The notes under the pieces were generated by a model. It had not been told where the DNA came from. It saw only the letters and a list, made by a program, of their open reading frames with translations, and did not search any database. A DNA stretch of 64,000 nucleotides, from NCBI GenBank assembly GCA_904063045.1, contig CAJFCJ010000017.1, forward strand, positions 310,001-374,000, in the 5' to 3' direction. The position numbers and the translations under genes were made by a program. Each line of letters opens with the position of its first letter. Position 1 is the stretch's first letter. Origin of the DNA: Dimorphilus gyrociliatus. Lineage: Eukaryota > Animalia > Annelida. This document shows, in pieces, positions 56,696 through 64,000 of this stretch.

Positions 56696-56716
56696 ATTTA
56701 TACCGAAATTGCGTCA
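56696..56716 (-). promoter_or_regulatory. Candidate TATA box with adjacent CRE/ATF-like site upstream of PEPCK
   Basis: Minus strand TGACGCAA (56716-56709), then TATAAAT (56702-56696), ~65 bp upstream of the predicted ATG. Confidence 0.4.
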
Positions 56717-57608
56717 GCTGGTGGCGCTCGATGGGTATAAATCACACATGTTACCACGGTCAAAGTTGAAGGTAACACATAAGTCGAAGATGGCCATTGG
56801 CTGGTGGCTCATTCATATTTATCACTGGTAGAAAATGTTAGGCCTAACAACTATAATCATATCTACAAGGTTTTAAGAATGACCTTGTGTAGTTTATTAT
56901 CAAAGTAAAACATACGGACATTTTACAAGCATGATACAGTCTAAAGTGAACTTGAAAAGCAAATCTATACTACGTAATTACGAAAATATAGCAATACTTG
57001 TAACAATAGTTTCTTTAAACCTTACAAAACTCCAACATAATTGTACAAATAAAAATTCACCTTCTCTATGCCAAGATATTTTTTTATATATAACGTGAGC
57101 AGTTCCTTCGGATCATGCAGTTTCCTTGACGATTATCTGAAAGAAGGAATTTAATGTAGGTTTTTTTTGTAAAATTTTTAATTAAGCCTGTTCTGTTGGT
57201 GTTTGTTATTTAAAATAATAGTATTCCGTATATAGCAACAAACCTCCTCTCGGTCATAAGTAGAATATATTCAAAAAATTTGATAACGCCCTATATGAAC
57301 ACCTCTTTTTTCAAATTTCGCTACTATTTAAAAAAAACTTCAAACTTTTTTCGTTTACAAGAACGTCAACAACGAATATACCTGACAGAAATAGGGTATC
57401 GTATCCTTGTCACTTTCTTCGGGTGACGTTTGTCTCAGTTATACATGGACCACCCCATCATTAAATCGCTTAACAATTTACTAGATTCTAGACAATTTTA
57501 CTGATAAGAAAATCGTACGGTTCGCTCACCTGATTGACTTTTTTTACACTGAAACCGTTAACTGAATTTCATTCACTCACCTGTTATATTTTTTTAAGTA
57601 CCGTGTGT

Positions 57609-58775
57609 TTAGGAACGGGATCGATCTGTTTTATTTGGCAATTAACACTTTCAATTTTAAATAATTTACTTTTTAATGGTTATAGTAATTTATACCTCTC
57701 TTTTTCTCCTTTCTTCGCTCTCTGGATTTGCTTCTACTCCTTCTTCCACGTCTCTCTCGACTTCTACTTCTTCTCTTTCTGTCACGGTTTCCATCTTTGC
57801 CATAATCACGACCGCCTCTACTTGATCTATCCCTCGATCTTTCATTTGAGTCAACAGATTGCGCATTTCTTCCGAATCGGGACTATTAAATGAATGTTTA
57901 AAAAAGACAAATTAATTTAAGCTTAACACCCTAAAGACGAATCCAAGATGAAAACAATTACTACCTCAAGTTTTTCAATTGTGGTTCGAACCCTGGCATA
58001 TCCCATATGCTGCTTTCCCATCAAGTGCTCCTCCTGACGCGAAGGTGCATCTCCAACAACCAAAAAGGCTCCACATACACTGCAAACTTCCATTTCTTTT
58101 GAGTTTGGATTTAGTTGACCTCTTTGCTACAAATGGTAAATAAGAAGGTTAAACTTGTAAATTTCATATCAAAAGTGAAAAAGACAAACCACGCCACTTT
58201 GTAGTTCAGCTCTATCTTCTTTTAATTTATCACATAGCTTTAAAACACCCTGGGCCTCCTCAACTTTACCTTCGCATCCCAATTCTTCAGCTTGACGAAC
58301 GAGCTCATTAATCCTTTGAGTTAAGAGTTCAATTCTCTCATCTTGGGTGGGTTGATTGCCGCTAAGAGCGTTTTGGGTATTATTTAAAGCTAATCGGTCT
58401 TGACCTCTTCTTATTCTTCTTTCCACATCTTGTAATATAGTCTTTAGATATCGTAAGAAATTGTCTTCATAACCACATTTCTCATAACGTTTACTTTTTT
58501 GATAGGCCTCTCGCATCTCATCATCATGAATCCTATCACAAGTTCCCAAGTCGGCTCTTGTATTAGTGAACAGATCATGGGGGCAGAAGCCACAGAGATA
58601 CCATTTGCAAATCTAAAAAAAAGAATTGTTTTAATTGCACGTTGAACTATTAAGGTCTCGCTAATCTTACCTCTTCATCATCCCATTTGGGTTCCCTTTT
58701 GGCACTGGTGGGATCAATATTACGCTGACGTCCCATGAGCTCGTCAAGTAGAGCAGCCGCCGCAGCTGCAGCCAT
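57609..58775 (-). CDS. LUC7L3: Luc7-like protein 3 (U1 snRNP-associated, RS domain)
   Basis: MAAAAAALLDELMGRQRN...|ICKWYLCGFCPHDLFTNTRADLG; RYLKTILQDVERRIRRG; MEVCSVCGAFL...HLMGKQHMGY; Arg/Ser-rich tail ending DRSRS*. Confidence 0.92.
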
Positions 58776-58992
58776 TTTTTTGATTATTAGGTCCCTAATA
58801 AAGGTAATTCAGAATAAAGTTGTATTTTTTTCTTCCAGGCCAATTAATTTTCGACCTATTTCCACGTTATTGACAAATTTTTCTTGCAGATAAGCGTCAA
58901 CGGGTCGTTAATGACACGGTACCCTATCTTATGAAGGTAAAAATGTACATAAAAACATTCAAAATGATGGATGTCCGGGAACCAGTTTTCGT

Positions 58993-59003
58993 TGCGCATG
59001 CGC
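58993..59003. promoter_or_regulatory. NRF1-type motif in the LUC7L3/ZNF710-like divergent region
   Basis: TGCGCATGCGC overlapping GCCAT (YY1-like core). Confidence 0.4.
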
Positions 59004-59335
59004 CATGTCGGCACATTTTCATAGAGGTTAATCTACGTAATATTAAAAATGGCTGACCAGTATATTTCATTAAAGAGAATAACTTAACTAAATTTATAAA
59101 ATGGCCTAAAAACATATCTCGTCCGTCGCTTGTCTGTCGATCAAAGGGATGAAATATATACTTTTGGCTTCTAGTCTTCTAGGGGGCCCAAAACTCGTAT
59201 GAATGACATAAAACAGCTTTATATATTTATATTCAATTGTTCTAACATGAAATACTGAGCCGATGCTAAATAGTAAGACAGAATTTGATTATTTTTATTC
59301 TTTGTCTATATGTTTTTCTGTCCATCTTTAAAGAT

Positions 59336-62314
59336 ATGGAGAATATAGGATTGGACTTTCATAATGCCAACCTTCAAAACATTCCATCGGCAATGCACCA
59401 GACGCCCTTGGTATCACACAATCATGTTCCACATGCGTCTATGCTTCCAGATTTTAGTCATGCTTCAACTCATAACGACACAGAGTTGCAAAATCAGCTA
59501 CAAAGTCGAGTGATTCATCCTCAGTTACCTGGTTTGGATTTTTTTGGTTTTCGAGCCCGAATGCCTCCTCCACCTCCTCCCAACCAAATACTAGACATGA
59601 ATTACGCAACACATTCAGAAGCTTTTACTCCTGTTAGTAGATTAGAAAATCAGCAATTTACAGCCCAATCATCCTTTATATATCATACACAACAACATCC
59701 TCACGTTCCTATTGTACATCATAATACGACCATGATGCAAAGACCCTTCAGCGTTGATTCTACTTTGAAATCGCCTTGTTCTGCTCCTAATTCAGTAAAA
59801 AATCACCCCATATCTTCCCCTTCAACACCTCCAAATGGTGAATCCGAGCCAAAAATGTTATTACTTCGTGACAAATCTGGGAAAAATGTTGTTGTAAATG
59901 CTAATGTTGTACAAACTTTTGACTATGATGGAACACCCTCGAAACAAGCTGCTCAAATTGAAAATCTTAACTTTTCTTCTGGAACTTTTACATCTGTTGA
60001 CGCTGGTCTTTTAACTAATCCCGTTATGATTAAAGACTTGATTGGGGATCAAAACGAAACTTCTGAGACTGAACAAATGGGCGAAATAGCCGTAGTTGAA
60101 ATAGAGGATGAAACAAGATCATCTGAAGACATTTCACGAAAAGAGCATCAGGTTGCAGATCAGAGAAGCAAATCGGAAGTGGAAAAAGAAGATGCGGATG
60201 GGAATAAAGACGAAGACGAACGCACAAATGGTGACGGTGCATATGATGAAGATGTAGACGAAGCAGACGATGTTACTGGCTCTGAGAATGAATCTAATAC
60301 CGAGTCAGGGGATGAAATAGATGAAGCAAAGAAGAAAGTAGCGGAAATCATGCAGAAAACTCCCATAATGAAAATGTCGTCTGAGCGGATGGAAGCTATT
60401 GCAAAGGTGACTGATGATCAATTGATGGTTAGAGAAAACGGAGAGAAAAGATGGCAATGTTCTCTCTGTATTAAGAACTATACAACCCGTCATAATCTCA
60501 TCACTCACGTACTTGGTCATTCCGGAGTGAAACCTCATAAGTGCCCGCTGTGCAAGAAGTCTTTCAAACAGTATTCTCACGCTCAAACTCATCTATTAAC
60601 ACATTCTAAAGTTAAACCCCACAAGGTAATCTCTAAAACTTCTTCCATCCTATTAATGACTGTTCCTTTTTTTATTATCTCCTAGTGTTCCTTATGCTCA
60701 AAGTCTTTCACTCAAACGTCACACCTGAAACGACATCTGGCGACGCATGCAAAAACTAAACCTTATGCGTGCGATCTATGCGGAAAAGGTTTTGCCTTTC
60801 CTTCCGAATTAAAATTACACAAAGGGAAGCATGAAAAGAATAACGAATGTGCAGATTGTGGTAGACAATTCAATAATTTGACGAAGCTGAAACGTCATGT
60901 TCTAAACGAACATAGGCATAAGGCGTGTACCGACCTTTCTTGCCCAGAATGTTCTAAAGTATTCGTTTATCCTAGTCAGTTAAAAGGTAAGAGTTTATAC
61001 AATTAATCGTTTTGAGCGTTAGTTAAATAAGGGGAAAAATATGATAGATCATCGAACAAAACACAACGGATCGCGTCCTTTCATTTGTAGCGAATGTGGA
61101 ATGGATTTTATGAAAGAGCACCACTTAAAGGCTCATCAGTTCACGCATAGTGGATTAAAGCCATTCGTATGCGAGGTAAAAAAAATTGGCTAACTTGCAA
61201 TCGATTTAGCGTAAAAAAATTGGTATAAATCACGCAGGTTTGTGGAAGATCTTTCAATCAGAAGGCAAATAAACAACGCCATCTCCTGACGCACAATAAA
61301 CTTAAAGACTATAGGTGTGACGATTGTGGAAAACTTTTCTCCCAACCGCAAACTTTGAAAGCTCATCTGGTTATACACGCCGAAAAGAAGCCTTATTCGT
61401 GCAACAATTGCGGTATGTTGTAGCTCTTTTTTATTTACTCGATAATTTTTCTTTCTTTTTCTGTCTCATTCTTTCTCTCTCTCTCTACGTTTACCTTTCT
61501 GTCTTTCTTTCTTTCTCTCTTTCTCTTTTACAACTTTTTTTTTATGTTCATTATTATTATTTCTCTTGCAAGTTTTTTCCCTTTCTTTATATGCCATTCC
61601 TCCCACTCTGTTCTATTCACTAATCAAACGGAAAAAAACTCTCTCCCACAAAGTCCCGATCGAACGTTCTTCGGCAAAAAAAAAAATGTCGAAGCGTCCT
61701 TGCCGGTTGTCATCGATCTGCCGTGCATTAATAATGTTTGTGGGTGAATGATTGATAATGAAAGCCGGAGGCGCGTTGGCCTTATTAAATATTTATACCG
61801 GGGATAAGTGCTAAACGACTCTTCCATTTGATGCAGGTCGAGAATTTACGAGATTGCATAACCTACAAGCTCATATGCATATGCATAATATGTCCAAGCC
61901 ACATGTTTGCTTTTGTGGAGCAAGTTTTACTTTGAAAGGTAAGAAAACGGGATACCTCTAACGAGCTCTGTAATTTCAACCATTACAGGCAATTTGAATC
62001 GACACCGAAAATCGAAACATGGTATTAGCGTTAGCACGGAAGAAGAGAAGGAGGCGGCTAAGATACTTAATTCAATGTCTCGTCAAGTGATCGAAGTAGA
62101 CGATTCCTCTTCGCCGAAGCATAAACGCAAATCTGTACCTCATCGATTACTCTTGAGCGATCAATCCAAGAGGAAAATAGTAATGGAAGAGGGTGATAAT
62201 AAAGGGGTAATTGAAGATGAGGTCAAAAAAGGAGAAGAGGAAGAGGAAGGGGAATTAGAAGAAACAGGTGAAGAAGATTATTACGAAGAGGAAGGAGACG
62301 AAGGGAACAGGTGA
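59336..62314 (+). CDS. ZNF710: C2H2 zinc-finger protein, ZNF710/ZNF366 family (11 fingers)
   Basis: First finger WQCSLCIKNYTTRHNLITHVLGH, also FTQTSHLKRH, FAFPSELK and last finger FTLKGNLNRHRKSKH, matching the ZNF710/366 array. Start and true last exon are uncertain: there is an acceptor just before the ATG and a possible donor at 62311. Confidence 0.8.
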
Positions 62315-63864
62315 CGCGGTAAAATTCAATGGGTGTATTGTATTTAAACAATATTCGTTAATGCATAGACACAAAACGGCTAATGTATTATAGATTAATG
62401 AGTCGTCTTTCTTTATCTTATATACAGTAGCCGCTGCTATAAACCTAACCGATACTTACGCGTAATTTTGAATAGATGCGACGAGGAGGCGGAATCAATA
62501 TGAGAAGACAGTGATTCCTTTGTCGACACCGACAACAAAATCACTAGTCTTCCACACCGATAGCCGCCAGAAATTTGTTTAATCAACTTCGCTTTTTTTA
62601 TTCTCGATGTTCGCGACGCCACTGCCACCGCCTTTTGCACTCACTGAAAAGAAAATTAGAGAAAAAAAAAGAAAAAAAAAAAAAACATCGTTAAAATTAA
62701 TAAAACGCATTATTCGAATGTACACACCTATGATGTAAATAGTTTACACAGACCTCGTATATAAACTAGAGGTGTATCTATATAATCCATACATACATAC
62801 ATACATATATGTATACAAGTCAATATACATTATATATATTAAGGTATATATACAATCTATAGATATATACAGTATATACTGCAGATATATATTTATGATA
62901 GATCTGCAGTATGTGTACAAATGCACAGAACAGGTGAAACGCGAACGCACTAAGCAGACGCTTAAAAAGGTGCCGCGTATAATAGAAATTGAAGAAGCCG
63001 TCAAAAAAAGAAACGACATTCGACGCCCGTTCAAACGTCGGTTGGAAAACGGTGTGAAATAGGCCTAATGAGGCATCGGTTATTAGTTCAATTTGTACAC
63101 GTTCGCGACTCCACCCCATTCACTTTCATAAGAAACGACTGCGTATAATCAAAGTCTTTGTAACCTCACTTCTATTATGTTCTACACATTCGGAAACGGC
63201 TTCCGAGTCGGGCGTCTAGAACTAATTAGCGTCTTGCATATACATGTGCGTGTATGTACTCGTTGTATAGACGGTAAACGGACGAAGAACAATTAAAACG
63301 CGTACACGTTCTAGGTAAATATTAGCAAGCAGAATCGATCGCTGCAGAACGAACTAAGCGCTTTGAGCCTCAGTCGACTGCAAAACCGCAATTGGCTCGT
63401 TTCGCATCGAACGTGTTTGATGCGCGTATAGCAGTTCTCCCCGATATAACTGATAATCGGTCGATGGGCGTCGAAAGGCGTCGAGTAGCACTCGACGTCT
63501 ACTGAACCTATTTATACATACGCTTTATGATTATTAATGTACGAAGGGCTTAGAGTATGCATACATGCATAAATTAATGTATAGACAAGCATATTTAATA
63601 TGTATAGGTAGTTATACACGTATAAATAAATTTATGCCTATTCCTACAGCATATATGAATAGAAAATATCCTACCTATTAAATATAAATGTAGTTATATA
63701 AATACTTACGAATAGAGACATCAAGCTGGAAAAATTAGACATATGCGACGCCTTAGATAGCAATATATTTATTATATATCTATATTTCTGCCGACTTAAT
63801 ATTAATTCTGATTCTATCTAGACACAAAAACATCTCTCTCAAACACACTATACAAACCTTTACA

Positions 63865-63868
63865 TATA

Positions 63869-63899
<31 letters not shown>

Positions 63900-63975
63900 A
63901 TATATATGCAGTATACACATATATAGATATAGATATTCATACATAATATGTTTATATATATATATATATATATAT
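63865..63975. repeat. Interrupted (TA)n low-complexity tract
   Basis: Direct reading of the sequence. Confidence 0.85.
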
Positions 63976-64000
63976 CATATACTTACTCTAAGTTTCTTGG

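Noticed and set aside
62872-62916. Hairpin ATACTGCAGAT/ATCTGCAGTAT as a pre-miRNA
   Set aside because: The stem is only ~15 bp, extends through low-complexity TA/TG wobble pairs and matches no miRNA I recognise.
63450-63510. Hammerhead ribozyme look-alike (CTGATAA ... GAAA-stem III-UA)
   Set aside because: Stem III is good, but the core has a mismatch to CUGANGA and neither stem I nor stem II can pair.

Overview
AT-rich, gene-dense eukaryotic (metazoan) DNA with mostly ~50-60 bp GT-AG introns. The ORF track uses TTG/GTG starts and breaks genes at introns, so I rebuilt the gene models by hand. The compact architecture suggests a miniaturised invertebrate genome; a Dimorphilus-like annelid is a guess only. 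Left part (1-39 kb) is an accessory tandem-array locus on the minus strand. It holds a divergent atlastin/GBP-like GTPase (cut by the window edge) and two apparently intact paralogous giant type-I membrane protein genes, A (1997-16103) and D (24869-38955), each roughly 4,400-4,500 aa. Their domain order is: signal peptide; three [beta-helix/SRCR-like/CUB-like] units reminiscent of Bark beetle/Anakonda; MAM; beta-helix; C-type lectin-like; EGF-EGF-PSI; an unassigned beta-rich region; vWD; 10 EGF; 2 cadherin; Thr-rich stalk; TM; almost no cytoplasmic tail. Between A and D lies ~7 kb of collapsed copies of the GTPase+receptor unit, showing microhomology-bounded deletions, a 227-bp identical tract and an Ac/hAT-like transposon end. 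Right part (39-64 kb) is ordinary conserved genes: a divergent PKA catalytic subunit, LARP7, KAT7, PICK1, TECPR1, PEPCK (GTP), LUC7L3 and a ZNF710/ZNF366-like 11-finger protein. No rRNA, tRNA or CRISPR array was recognised.
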